Of a DNA stretch of 64,000 bases, positions 13,596-27,364 are shown in pieces. The notes under the pieces were generated by a model. That model saw nothing but the letters and a program-made list of their open reading frames with translations, ran no database searches and was not told the DNA's origin. The position numbers and the translations under genes were made by a program. Every line of letters starts with the position of its first letter. Within the stretch, counting starts at the first letter, position 1. Origin of the DNA: Takakia lepidozioides (taxonomy: Eukaryota > Plantae > Bryophyta); the NCBI GenBank assembly GCA_030704615.1, contig CM060731.1, positions 39,928,001 to 39,992,000 of the forward strand, read 5' to 3'.

Positions 13596-14870
13596 TAGTG
13601 TTGGACTGGTATGAAGTATTTTACATACCGGTCTGGTCTTGGTACCAAACGTATCATAAAACTTTATACCAGTCTGGTCTATATAATGGTGGATGTATTT
13701 TTTTCCAGATACTTGTATGAGTATGAGTATTGTGACCACAATACCAGTTGGTGTGAAATATCAACTTTGGTATCATTCCAAAGCCATCTTGAATTGTCAA
13801 ATAGCAAGTATCAGGTGAAAACAAATAATAAATAAATAAACATAAGTGCAAATATGTAGGCATATGTCCACATATGTACACATAAATTAGTATAGTACAC
13901 ACACCAGAGTAATGAGGAAGGCGGCGGGGGAGTACAGGCCCTACAGTGGAAAAAAATTGGTTCGTCCCCATAGAGGAGCTGTGGTCCCGAACCTGCAAAG
14001 GGGTCTGGTTGTGAGGCCAATTTCCAATGAACCCCATAGTCCTTTAAGGGTTAATCCCACCCTACTGCGAGCCCGCCATTGGCACTCACTCTCAACTTTG
14101 GACTTAAAAAAACAAATGCATGTGATACATGCAAGCCTCCCGTGGATCTTGTCTCATGCCCTAATGTAACACCTAAAAACCAATGTTGGACTGGTATATG
14201 CACTGGTATTAGATACCAGACCAGTCTAGTATCATTTGCAGGGAGAATACTTGGTCATATACCAGACCAGGCTGGTATCAATTTTTCCATACCAGTCACC
14301 CTATCATGGGCATCCGACGACAAAATAAAATTTGGAATCCACCGTTGGATCTACGAGATATATAACATTTGATTGTTGAGCAATGGTGGAATGATCAACA
14401 AGTGGTGTCACCCTAAAATCTTGTATGGCAAAATAAATCACAGGTTTTCTTTTGGTAGCAAGTTTACATATGTGAAGTATGGAAAGTCTTGCAATAACTT
14501 GCTGGTGGCGCTAAGAACCACTGGCCTTTGGGCCCCAAGTCAATGGTAAGCAAATGGGGGATGGGGACTTCACGCCTGCAAATTTTTGATAGCCACGTTG
14601 TAAGAGTGTTAATGGCTCAAAGTGGCGGTTGTCCCAAGTCCCAACCACATGGTAAAACATAAACAAACACGACAATGAAGCCACACAAATTAAATCAAAT
14701 TTATGGATGTTCTATTTTATACTATTAAATCCAAAGTATAGAGTGCATACCACTGTCGGTCTAGTATATAGCCAATATATGCATTGGTATGTAAAGACCA
14801 GACAAATCTGGTATGTAAACGTGCTCTACTCAAGGAGATACTAGATCAGGCTGGTATAGACTTTTATAGG
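13596..14870 (+). mobile_element. Fragments of a hAT-family MITE (TIR CAGTGTTGGACTGGTAT)
   Basis: Left-end-like motifs at 13596 and 14181 with many tggtat/atacca subterminal repeats. A matching right end ataccagtccaacactg lies at about 28185-28201. No paired TSD was found. Confidence 0.5.
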
Positions 14871-16045
14871 CTTGATTTATTGATCCATTCTAGAAACTGA
14901 TATTTGTACAGTTCAAAGCTCTCCACAAGTTCAACCTTCATCTTTACTACACGTGTAGGTAGTGGTTATTTTTTATTATATATTTTATAAATAAAAGGGG
15001 AGGAAGCCGCTAGTCTTATTTAACTCTTAAACATGTACTATAGCTATATCTTTCTTTAATGCCACAAGTCTGTCCTCACCTGTTATTCTAAACACACTTA
15101 CCCCCGAGCAGCTGGAGAGACATCCGTGGTACTGTCCACCACCTCGCCGGAATTTGACAGAGACATCAATTGGAAACATATGAAACAATCATCAAAGGCT
15201 TCAAGACTCCATTTCCGCTAATTAGTGCTTCCTCTCCCCCATGTTTAGATTGAAATAATTAACTATTGAATTAGGTGTATCAATGTTCCCCAAGTTAATC
15301 CCCACTAGTTTGTATGATAGTTGGGAGTATGAAAAGTGTAACAAACATGGAGGGGTTAAACTTATCACTTATGGGGGGAGCACTTGTAAAGGGTAAACTG
15401 TAGATATCTGGTGGGAGTGTAATGCACATGTGGAAGATTTACCAAGGGCCTCGCTAGAGACGCCTCCACTCCTATTTCATGTTCCCTTAGGTATATATAA
15501 CCATGCTGAAAGGGGTTATGGGAGGAGCGGAGATCCACGTCACGTAGTCATGATATAATTACTACAAATGTAGCATATATTTGAAATCATAAAATCGAAA
15601 CATGTTGTAGTGTAGGCTGTGATGCCCCTTAAGAGCATCCCCACCAGTGTCCCTAAATGCCAGTACTTGAGCCCTCGGCCCTGGTATCCGCACCCCCGGG
15701 GCCCGCACTTTGGTGCAGGATACGGGCCCTCGTCAGCTCGGCCGGTACCTGCTGGAGCGACTAAAAAGCACGCCGACGTGCATTTATGGCGTGATGGTAA
15801 GGCGGTGTCTACCAGGTGGTCCCTCCGCAGCAAGGCACATCATCAAAAATTACATGTGCAGGGTAATTTGATGGAGTTGCCGCCGGGGGAGGGGAGTGTT
15901 GGAGGCCGTGGGAGGTTACCGTGCAGTGGTGTTTAGTGTACCCCCGGTGGAGATGATCTAATCCCCATGCTTCGGAATCTACTTTTATCGTCATGAACTT
16001 GTCAGGCTCATCCTTGCATTTAATAAACGGCGGCGGAGACATACC

Positions 16046-17515
16046 TGTCTTGGCCCTTTGATATGAAGGCAGGGGTCGGGACACAACAGGGGCTGCCTCT
16101 GTGGCAAGGGCAGCGGCTGTCGCGGCCTCTTGCCTTGAGGGCAGGGGGTCGGGACATAAGAGGAGTTGCAGCCCTTCATTTTCACGCGAAAAAAAAAGCC
16201 TAAAATTAAGCACCAAAAAATGTGGGCCTGCGGCACCCCTATGCAAAAAATAGGGCCAAAAATAAAAGAATTCGTTGAAAAGTAACGGTTCCATACCCAG
16301 CTGCTGCTATTAAGTACTTGGGGAACCCACCCTTTTCGCTTGAGAACTGGGGAACATGGTGCCCTAAATTGGGCCGGTGCCCCATCGCACCAGGGGTCAA
16401 CACAATTTCGCCATCTGCACCGTCCGATCGCCAGCCAATAGCGGGGTGGAGGGGCAGCCTTTGCTAGAGCGCAACGTCCCCGAAAGTGATGGTGTCGCCT
16501 CTTTCGATCGCTGTGTGTTGTGGCTTGTCGCTAGCTTTTAGGATGCTCTTACATTTGTTTGGAATGGGCCTTCAACGCTGCTTCAATGCAGTGGGACACA
16601 TTGATATGTTGCGTTACTTTTGTGGAGGAGGAGTGGCTGAAGTGCCCGAAGTGCTACCTTGAATTTTTCATGATAGTCAGACTTTTGCCACAATACATAA
16701 GCTAATTTCGCCCACTATTTCTACCTCCATTTCCACATGTTCGTCTGGGCAATATATATAAGTTATGAAAAAGTACTCGTCATATTGCACAATATATAGC
16801 ATACCTATAGCTAAGCGGATTCTAGGTGGACATTGTACTAGTCGCCACCTCTGCACTCAGTCCCAAAAATATTTCACCACGTCCACGCCTAGGCAGAAGT
16901 GAAAAAAAAAAAGGCTGAGGGGCTGCCCCTGTGGTGGGGGCAGCGGCATGGGAAACTGAAGCACCCTAGAATGCCAAAGACATTCAATAGGGCGGAGGCG
17001 CTCACTAGGTGGAGCCCCGCAAACCAGGTTGCGGTGGGGGCTCCAAGTGGGGGTGGTTGTAGCATATGGAGTTGTAGCGAGACTGACATATGGCTCACCG
17101 CAGGGCTGAGGCTTTGTGGTGGGAGTCGTGGGGAGTCTTGGGGCTCACCATGGTAGTGCGCCAGAAAAGATTTGGGCTGTTTGTGAAACCCTCGAACATG
17201 TCACAAAGTATATATAGGGAGTAGTAACCCCGAGAATGGTGCAAGCCCGGTTAAAGGACCAGAAGCTAGTGAGCAAGCAAACGAGCCGGAAAGTGACCAA
17301 AATGTGGGGAGCAATTTTCGGACTGTCTACAACGCCCAAAAATAATTTCTACTTAGCCCGGGTGGTCGAGGGTTGTGTGGGGGAGCAAGGGGGGACTGTT
17401 ATGTTCCGGTGAGCAGCTGAAGCTTCGATTGGCCTGACAGCCAGTTTTGGTGTTAGGCGCGCAAAACGAGTAACTATGACATGAATGAGAGTTTACCAAA
17501 GCGAAGTGCACGACA
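16046..17515 (+). mobile_element. Solo LTR (family A), interrupted by a hAT MITE
   Basis: TGTC...GACA termini, perfect 5-bp TSD ATACC (16041-16045 / 17516-17520), GC-rich U3 repeats and a TATATATA box near 17208. Homologous to 17623-18348. Confidence 0.85.
16169..16917. mobile_element. hAT-like MITE nested in the solo LTR
   Basis: TIRs cagcc...ttttcac / gtgaaaa...ggctg. Degenerate 8-bp TSD aggagttg / aggggctg. The segment is absent from the sister LTR. Confidence 0.7.
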
Positions 17516-17622
17516 ATACCCTGATACATGATTTGTCACATGTTGTGTACAACTAACCCTTGGTGAAGCTAGCTCTATCCCAACCTTTCAACTTCATTGG
17601 CCAGGATGCAAGAGATTGCAAT

Positions 17623-18348
17623 TGTCGCGGCCCTTTGCCTTGAGGGCAGGGGGTCGGGACACATGAGGGGCTGCCCCTGTGGTGGGGGCAGCGGCAGCGA
17701 TAGGTATGGGGGGCTGAGGCACCCTTGAGTGCCCAAGGCACTCAGGGAAGTGGAGGCGCTCACTAGGTGGAGCCCCGCACACCGGGTTGCGGTGGGGGTG
17801 GCTCCACAAGGGGTGGTGGTAGCTTAGTGGGACTTAGTGGGGGTGGCATAGGACTCACCATGGGGGCGGAGACCTCGTGGTGGGAGTCGTGGGGAGTCTT
17901 GGGACTCATCACGGTCCATAGGGGCCGTGGTGAGCGGGCCAAGACTCACCGCGACTCACCACCGGGAATCGAGGGTCTTCGTGGTGGTTCGCCATAAAAT
18001 GGCATGGCTGGTTGTGAAACCCCCGCGGACAGCTACAGAAGTATATATAGGGAGTAGTAACCCCGAGAACGGTGCAAGCCCGTTGGTGACCAAAAACTAG
18101 TGAGTAAGCGAGCGAGCCGGAAAGCGACCAAAGAGTGGGGAGCTGTTCCGGACTGCCATCTACCAAAGGGAATTCTCCTAGTCCCAATTAGGTGGAGGGT
18201 TCTAGAGGGAAGCGAAAGGGGACCGTTATGTCCCGGTGAGCAGCCGAAGCTCCAAGTTGGCCCGGCGGCCAGGTTGGGAGTCAGGCGCGCGCATCAAAGC
18301 GAGTAACTATGACTTGAAGGGGAGTTTACCGAATTGAGGTGCGCGACA
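17623..18348 (+). mobile_element. Solo LTR (family A), 726 bp
   Basis: Terminal inverted 7-mer TGTCGCG...CGCGACA, perfect 5-bp TSD GCAAT on both sides, TATATATA box near 18042. Confidence 0.9.
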
Positions 18349-21300
18349 GCAATTGACTTATGTTAAGCTGCCAAGTGGTGGCTCATCTCAACCTAGGGTT
18401 TGGTATATGGTCACTCTCACCTTGAGTAAAGGGATCCAATTCTCGTATGTAAAGCCTTGTGTACCTGTGGCTTTGTGGATGTGTTATTTTTCTTGCATGC
18501 TTGACATTCGTGACAGTGTGAATTGTTCCTCTGCGAGAACCTTTGTCTCTACTTTTGCATTGCATGCTATTTCCTGAGCTGTGCACCCCTAAACTGAAGC
18601 GGTGCCTTGTGAGGAGAGGCGAACCTCATCCATGCACAAAATGCGTCTTCACAAGGCAATGCTGACGTTATGCCAATATGCCTCCCTTATCCGTCCATGT
18701 CCAACAGTATGGACCCACAATATCCTATCTGATTGCTTTGGGGTCCAACACTTTTTGCCGATGATGACGGTAGCTGGAAAGTTCAGTGTGTAGCAAATGA
18801 TTTGAATGGTACACCTCATGTTGTACAAGTTTTGCTCTACACCTCAAGGTTGAAATCTGAATAAGCTATTGTTTCTATTGGCTTGTGAACTACCAATCCC
18901 ACTCGGTGAGTTGTGGGTCAACAAGGTCAATACATCCCTATTTATAACCGACCCATCCCCAACTAATTGTGAACTTGGCCCTACATGTCTGCGATTAATT
19001 GGAAAAGGTCATAAATATGATCATCTACATCCCCGAATATGGAGGGGAGGGTGCAAGCAAGTTACCCAAATGTTCGAACCGTGGCTGAAACTTGAAACAT
19101 CCATTTCGTCCATTGTCCAGCGAGTTTCCAGGTCATACCCATATCTCTATCAACACCTCCATGCCGGTCCCAGAACCTTGACCTAACCCATCTCAAAAGT
19201 CTGGGAACAAAGTTGAAATCCGGCCATCTCTTCTCAGCTTTGGGCGCAATTTGCTTCAATAATAGAGATAGCAAAAAGCACTAAAACCAAAGAACATGAC
19301 GATAATTAACCGTCAATGCCTCTTTAGACCACATGGGTCTTGGAAATAAGCCAATAAGCGAGACTATGGCATGGGGTACCCCACCCCCTTTAAGCTCCAT
19401 TTGCACCAACTTTTAGCACGGTGTCACCCTCTCTCCTCTTACTACTTCCGTCATGCTGCATCATACCAACTACTTGTGTTCACGCAATGTTTGATCAAAG
19501 TGCACGGAGACACACACACAAGCAACAGAGCCTCCTTTCCTCACACTCAAGCAACACAGCCTGCTTTCCTCACGTTCACGCTTCATACCACACCCCACCA
19601 TTTCCATTGGACCGTTCAGCGCTAATTTCTTTTAAGTTTTTTTTTTTCTTCTTTTGGTTTGGTAAGAAGCCTCTAAATCTATTTAGCTGGAAAAAAATAA
19701 ACCCCAAGTGGCCATAAAGCAAACACGCCAAGACTCGCGAGGGCGCACCTGGAGACGCAGACGAGAGAGAACCCATCCATAATGGATGAAAACACTGTAC
19801 CTAGCTTTTTACATTGTGGCGCCAGTGGTATCCATGAGAACGTAAGTGGAGCATGTCAGTTATGGCAATAGTACAAGGTGCAGACTCCAAACAAGTGCTA
19901 ATAATGTGAGATCTAAACCCTCCGTTCCAATGTCCCTCTTTAGGATGGTGACACATGGCTCTTTCTTACCGAGCCTCTGCCGAAAGATATGCCGATTTGG
20001 CGAAATCCATAGTTTTTCCAACCAAAAAGCGCGAGTGGCTACAGAGATTCTGTTCATCCATTGAAATTAGGACAGAATCATCCACCTCCGCACTTTAATC
20101 ATTGTATAATCCATATTTGGAAAATTCATCCATAACTTTTTTATTTTTTATTTTTAAGAGAACAGGAGACAGTGGCCCTGGAATTTTTATTGAAAGAGGA
20201 AGGCATGTAGCTTTTTTTTTTTTTTGCTTTTTTTTATTTGGAGAAGTTTGGCGATTTCATCCATGAAAAAACAGGGAATTTGTGACAAAATATTCTATTT
20301 TATTTTTTGAGGTCGAAATTTTGGCGAAAATTCTAAAAAAATGCTGCTGTAACACTTGTCGCCAGGACATGCGGGAGGTCGAAATTTGGCGATAAATCGC
20401 CAATAAAAGAATAGCTGCAAGAGCTGATATCCTACGTGGCTAAAAATTGCCACATCAGCTAAATTTTGGTTGGTAGTATGAACACCTGGTAGGGTATGTA
20501 CCTGCCACATTTGCTTGCGGCCCAAAAGTCGGTGTGACGGTAGTGACTAGTGTTTGTCGGTGGCGGGTCCACCTGTACCCAACATGTGGCAAAAATAACG
20601 AGGTGGCACGATCTGACAAGTGGCACATTCTGACGAGCCCATGATAGGCACCTGATACCGAATTTTCCAGATTTTATTCCACAATGCAATTCCTTGAAAA
20701 GTTTGGCTGGCGGTAGGAAAGTGATATGTAATGTCATGGTGTGGGGTTCAAATCCTGGGTAAAGTATAGTTTTAACAGTTTATTGAATACAAGAGGTTAA
20801 AATAATTTTCTTGCAGCTCCAAAAAAAATAAAAGTCCTTGAAAAGGATCTTCGTTCCCCTCTTCCCAGTCTCCTGCTCCCCTATCCCCGCACCTACCGTT
20901 CCCATGTTGTTACTCCCATGTTCCCGCATATATACCACTCCCCTGTTTCTGCTCCCTTGTTCCCGCATATATATCTCTCCCCCAAATACCATACCCTTTT
21001 TTCAAAATAATAGAATACTATACCAAAAAATAAAAAATAACTATTTGGCCAAGAGACCGTTAGTAGCCTTGTTTAGCCTTGATATTTTAAATATTATGGA
21101 GACCAAAATTGGAAAGGGCATAATTATGTATTCTAATTTGGCAATATTGTAGGAGAATATCCCACAGCATCAAAACATAGACAGGATTGGAACCCAGAAC
21201 CAGCTTGGTGGCGATGGAATGTTGTTGATATTATTGTAGATGACGGCGACCACCAAAGCATTTAATACCACATGATACCAAATAAGTCCTTTTATTAAAA

Positions 21301-21801
21301 GAAATCCGTTTATTTTTATTTTTATTAATCGACATGCATGCATGGCTCCCGACATTCAAAGCGCTCTCCCAACTTCCTTCAACCCTGCGAGGCTCTCTTG
21401 ATTTGCGATTCGAGCAAATCCCAGTGACGAATTCCATTCTGTGATTCCAGTTCTTCTCTTTTTTTTCGAATCTTATCGGTCGTATGATTGTTCTCTTCTT
21501 CCTTTGACCTCGTTTAGTTTTTCTTTCAATCGGCCGTCTCGCGTTGCTCCTGTTATCTGGGAAGCCATTCTCGTTAGCCTCCTTACTAAATTTGATCATT
21601 CGGAGGTTTCTTAATAATCTTCTTGCAATTGTATTGGCATGCGATGAATTTAAAACTATATCAGCGGGTCCTTCACCATCTTTGCCATTTGTACGTCATC
21701 ATTTCATAATCTTGGTTGTCGTTTCTTACAAGTGGAGAAGGAGAGCTGGAGAAACGAAGTGCTCGCACGAGAGAGGAAGGGAGGAGGTAGAGCAGGAAGC
21801 A

Positions 21802-24800
21802 ATGGGGGGGACGGCTCGCGAGAGAGGAAAATTGCCACCAGCCAATGGATCAGCACACTTTGCGCCTCTAAAAGAAGTGACAGTACCAAGCAGCAAGTGT
21901 TGCCTTTGGTTTGAAGAGGAGCTTGAAGAGGACCTGCGCTGGGTGTTTGGTGTCTCCAAGTACTTTCATCTCCACATCAGTTTTTGCTCATGCAATCCAA
22001 AAATCTTTCCCTTCCTTTCACAATAATTTCAGAACGAACACGACCTCATTGTCGAAAAATCCCAGCTGAATTGATATTTGTGTCTGTGCTTACAAACGAA
22101 TGCAGTTAATTGTCAAAACCATTTTCTGGCCTTCTCTGGGATGCCGTGTTGCTCTGCCAGTTTCCTCTCACAAAGCAGTAAGCAGTGGCTTTCCTTCTTT
22201 TTGTTGTCGCGCATCATTCTCTGCCCTCACTTCCCCTGTTTCCACGTAATTTACATATACTTGGATGATGGTGTGAGACTGTCGCTAGCGAATTTCCTCC
22301 CGTCTTTGAATTGTTGTTACCGTTTATAGAAATTCAAAGACAAATCAGCATCCTATCTGCCACAATCAACCTTCATAATTGCAACCGAGTGTCCTTCGTA
22401 GTTTTAAATGTGACAGCTCTTCAATTTGAGCCAATGACAACTCAGAAGTACTAAACCCTAAACCCTATAGTGGAAAAAGAAGAGGTTGTGCCTTCTCTGG
22501 AAGGTTCTCCTTTCCAATGCTTGTATGTTGCAGTTCTGGGTAGAGCTTGGTAGCGTCTACCAATCTTTAATCCGTAAAAGCAATTATTTGATTTTGAGCT
22601 GATAATTTGCATGTACTGGCTAACTTTTGTTCCCTTCTTGGCATTTATTTATGCCAGGCAGTTGGTTCTGACAAAATACTCGTGATATGTTATTGAGAAA
22701 CCCGGATCTAAGTACCAAGTAGACGGGCTATTCAGCAGACTGCTGGTGTATGCTCGAGACCATGGTCCAGTCAAGATACAAAACTAAGTAAAACAAAGAC
22801 GAAGTGTGTCTGATTCGAGGAGATCGGTTGTCTCAGGATATTACACACAGGAGTCAGTGAGTTCCAGGATATCCAACTGGTGGAGAGTGGACCTTTTGGC
22901 AAGGTGTGCATGTTTCGACTTCCCTTGTCCTGTACTGTGTTGTGCTCCCTAACTTGGGAAGTTTGCAATGGTAGTAGCATCAAGTACTGTTTCTTCTGTG
23001 GTGTCATTTATCAAGGACCACTCTTGTTTAAACTGCTGTTGTCGTTTGTCCAAAAGCAAGTGGGGTGGGCTGTGTATAGGTGTTGCTATTGGATGGGAAG
23101 CTTCAAAGTGCAGAGGCGGACGAATTTGTATATCACGAGTCCATTGTCCATCCTGCCCTTCTGTACCACTCTGAGTGAGCTCCCCTGGTTCATATGTTCT
23201 TCAAGCTGAGCCATTGGTTTCTGCTTTTGTAAAATTGCTACTGTTATAGATGTTACTGGAACACCACCAGTGTTCTTTCGACAGCGGGTAAGCTAGATAG
23301 CCTATAGCAAGCAGCTTCACGCACTTATTGGCGGAGATGACATCCAGTTGTTTATTTCGAGTTTACTTGCTGCAGTCCCAGAAATGTATTTATAATGGGG
23401 GGCGGGGAAGGCTCTACGGCACGGGAGGCATTGAAGCACCAGAGTGTGGAGAAGGTGGTCATGTGTGATATTGACAGGGTAAATTGCCCCTATGCTTTAT
23501 GTGTCTCATTTGTCGGATGATCATTGATGTAAAACTGAAGTCTAAAATTGGTGAAAGTTCACCTCTAATATGAAAGTACAAAAAATTTCTGAGGTTTACT
23601 GATCAATTTTGTTCTAGGGCCTTAGGGACTGATCCATGCCTAGCATTCGACATGTTCATGGAAAAGGATTGTGAAGAGCATGTTGTAATAGTTGCAATAA
23701 GAGCTTTCACTTGGATGGATGTGCAGGAGGTTGTCGACTTTTGTAAGGAGCATTTGACTTCTAATACCAAGGCCTTTGGCAGCAACCGGTTGGATCTTGT
23801 AATAAATGATGCAAGGTGTGTGATCGGGTCCTATGGTTGGCTGGCCTTTCCGGAATGCTCACACACCGGTCGACCTTGAGTTGCTTCTCTGTCTTATAAT
23901 GATGGACATAAAAAATGCTTGGCTTATTACCATCTTGGGGGCTTCATCTTCAAACAGCGATTTAGAGCTAGTTTTTCTTATGCACTTGTCCCATATGCTC
24001 CAGGGGATTGTGCATGTTAGTATGTTTGTTTGGTTGGCTTTTGTTTTTCTCTCTCTCTTTCATACACATATGTACACGCAAACAGCTGCAGCAAAGCAAC
24101 ATCTAGTCAGTACATCATCTCTACACATTCAGGCACACATTTTCTTCTATATTTTAATTTTCCACGATGTGACAGGTCGTGATATAAATATCACATGTAG
24201 CAAATCTGTATTCAGGTAGAGGGCTGCAGTAGCATCCGGTATCATTCTTTCTTGTAATGTCAATGCAAGAAGCTGAAATTAACGATCAATCCTCTGACAC
24301 TGGATTCTTGTCACTTCATGATGTCACCACTACCAGCTGTGAGAGCGTTAATACCCAGCAGAACTACAATATCAATTTCTTAGCCTTTTTTAACAGAAAC
24401 AGTCAGATGAATGCAAACATCTGTCTCTGTCTGTCTTTCTCTCTGACAGAAAAATCCCGATGGAAATATGCTGTGGGTTGCACATGGTGTGAGTGGTAGT
24501 TGACAATGTCAGTTCTCATTCTCGCTGTCTTAATGCCAGGTTGACTTGTGACCAGTGCTAAAGTAAATCTAAATCTTGGGAAGGAAATGTCTTTGGCTGT
24601 GCAAAATAAGGGCAGCGATGATCACCAAACGGCGATGTGTAAATATCATGTGGCTATGCCATCTGTGTGATGGTGGAGCTTCATGAGTAATGACGCAAAT
24701 GCAAAACGGCGAGGTGCTGGTCTGTGATCTGGGCATCACAGAAGGTTGAATGGGAGGGCAGGGGCTGGACATGACAGGGCGGAGCTGGAGAGTCGAGAAG

Positions 24801-26501
24801 AGCTGTTTGATATCATCATTGGTGATTTGGCAGATCCTGTTGATGGAGGCCCTTGCTACAGACTGTACACTCAATCGTTTTACGAGCACATTTTGAAGCC
24901 CAGACTTAATACTGGTGGCATCCTCGTCACACAGGTGGGCTCCTTCCCTTTTCCTGGCTCCTGGACTTTGCTTGCCTCACCTTCATATCTTGATCTAGGC
25001 ATTCAGACTTTTCCATGGTTTCTACTGGTTCTGGCAAAATATTGATATCAAATCATCTGATGCATGTTCATATTGATGGGGTGCTAAAGAAGTCCCTTTG
25101 GGAAGTGTCTGAATGTTTGCACAGCAAGGGCTTCATTTATCTGCTTCCTCCCATTACAATTTCATGGAGGTTCAAGAGGAACTATCATGTAGTGGTTAGT
25201 ATTGGCTGTAACTTAAGGGAGACAATGGTCTGCACATGCAGGGTGGGCCTGCAGGCATTCTGTCGCACACAGAGGTTTATTCCTCCATCTACAACACTTT
25301 AAGGCAAACCTTCAAATGTAGGTTTTTCTCCCCTTGCTCTCTGTTACAGTGATTCAGTGTGAAACGGCATGTGATATGGCTTCCTCGGATGGAACGCGTC
25401 TCCAGATAGAACAAGAGTTCCAATTTGGGCTAAGTTGGTCATTTCAGGCCTTATAGCAAGTTTTCTCTTGGTGTAGGATGCCTTGCACTAGTTAAGCTTA
25501 CCACTCGTCGTTAGCAGGTTTGCCTTTATGTTCAATTTGTCCCTCCATAACATTGTGGGATTGGATGGCTTGCAGATGTGGTGCCATATACGGCGCATGT
25601 GCCATCATATGCTGACACCTGGGGATGGGTCATGGTATGAGTCTCTTTAAAAGCCTATGACTAAGAAAGTTTTGCATAGACATAATGGGTTAAAGTTCTA
25701 CCAGAGTACCACCATTTTTCGCAATACTCCATGGCTTGAGCCTGCAACCCTCAGTATGTAGATTTTGAAAGTTATCTTATAATGACGGATTTTTTGGAAA
25801 CATATACCTCAACGCACGCAGCTCATATTTTCCTTCATAACTCACATATGTGAAATGTGAATGAATCAATGTCAAGGCATCAGATCATCCCATCCCAAAA
25901 TTCAGCATTGAAGATACGGACAACAGGATAAAACAGCGTCTTGAAGGGGAGCTACGCTTTTTGGATGGCGAGACATTGGCAGCCACGCTCGCCCTTAATA
26001 AGCATGTGCGGAGAACGTAAGTTAGCCAGATGCCCCTTTTCACTCCTTGTCTTTGATAAACTGCTTTGTAATTTGTTTTCATGACTTCTCTTGCTCAGGG
26101 AAGCCTAATTGTTAGGATCCTGTTTGGATGAGTGAACGGTTATGCTGCCAATTACAGTCAAATTGCCTACGAGTGAATTTAGTTTGCCTTGATCCACTAT
26201 ACAAGCAATACAGTCTAGTTGGGCTTATGTATGTTTGATAACTTTCAACATTTGTGTACCTACATCAAGGAACTGGTTCCTTGCAACTTATACATGCGAT
26301 CAAATTTTTGGTCCACAAACAGCAGGTGAGGATGGGGATAGGTGAGGGGGGTAGTGGGAACAAAGGCAATGTAGCTGAAAGTGGTGGGATTGTGACAGCT
26401 TGGCAGAAGAGAGACACGTGTACACAGAGGAGACAGCACGGTTCATCCATGGACATGGCACTTCTCTCAAGAGTCATAGCTCTGAGAAGCCACAAGCTTG
26501 A
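21802..26501 (+). CDS. ACL5: Thermospermine synthase (ACAULIS5-like aminopropyltransferase), 10 exons, 348 aa
   Basis: Exons 21802-21959, 22837-22903, 23080-23174, 23376-23478, 23727-23815, 24778-24934, 25242-25317, 25576-25634, 25877-26016 and 26399-26501 are all GT-AG and join in frame (1047 nt). Motifs [88 protein letters not shown]. Confidence 0.93.
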
Positions 26502-27364
26502 AATCCTGACCTCTGTAAAAACCTGTCAGTATATTTTTTCCTCCCCAGTGGGAGTTGTCCAAGGGAGCCGCTCGTGTTGTTTTTGGTGACTGTTAAGTCC
26601 AATATTTATGCAGTGCCATAATTGTGCTCACCAATGCATGCTCATTTAAATGTTTCTACTTCCTTCCCAGTATGTAGATCATCTCTGACTTGACCACACC
26701 TTAAGTGGGCTATAGCTCCCTCGTCAATACACATGGTGTAAGTCATTAGAACCAGGTTTGTCTTGGACTTGGCAGTAGCATTGAGGACGTTTGTCAATGT
26801 GTGCTGGTACAGTCGCCTGCCAGTGATTGAACATTTTTTCAGTGGGGCATTATTGTGGTAGTAGAGGAGAGATCTGTTCACTTCACCATAGCTGGTGAAC
26901 CCCCATTTTGTTTTCGTATATGTTCACCATAAGGTTTACCCACAATGGCAGGCTATGACTAAAGGTTAGTTCCAGGTTTCGTCATGTAAATGATTGAAGA
27001 GATTTAGTGTAATAGCTCTGCTGTGTCCCCCTGAAGGGACATAAAATGTAACACAGGAGTACAATTGCAGCAAAACCCAAAACCCCAGTATCTCAGCTAC
27101 TCTCAGTATACTCAGCTGGGCGGCGTCTCGGATGATAAAAGCGTTTTATTTGTGCTGCCAATTTTTTTGAAGGGGCATGGCATTGGCCCTCTTCATTTGC
27201 AATAAAGTTGGTTTTATTTTAGTTGGGATTGGCTGTATTGTACTTTTCCTGCCTGTATCAGGACATTTACCTACAGAGGCATGCATTGCCATGTCATAAA
27301 CTGGTGGATGTTGGTGTTGACAAATCCTTGAAAAGAAGCTCCCAATTCCAAGAGGCCAGCGACA

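Larger units (their letters stand above)
15850..19300 (-). pseudogene. Possible degenerate Mutator-like transposase, split by two solo LTRs
   Basis: Frame-broken coding-like sequence in the intervals between the LTRs (e.g. CYTLNFPATVII...AYWHNVSIAL.RRILCM) weakly resembles bryophyte MULE transposases. Confidence 0.3.

Noticed and set aside
17200-18320. rDNA spacer promoters (TATATAGGG) and a 28S-like GAGTAACTATGAC
   Set aside because: Both lie inside units with TG...CA ends and perfect 5-bp TSDs (solo LTRs). The 13-nt rRNA match does not extend.
22451-22467. Telomeric repeat CTAAACCCTAAACCCTA in ACL5 intron 1
   Set aside because: Only about 2.5 units. A common telo-box-type interstitial motif, not a telomere.
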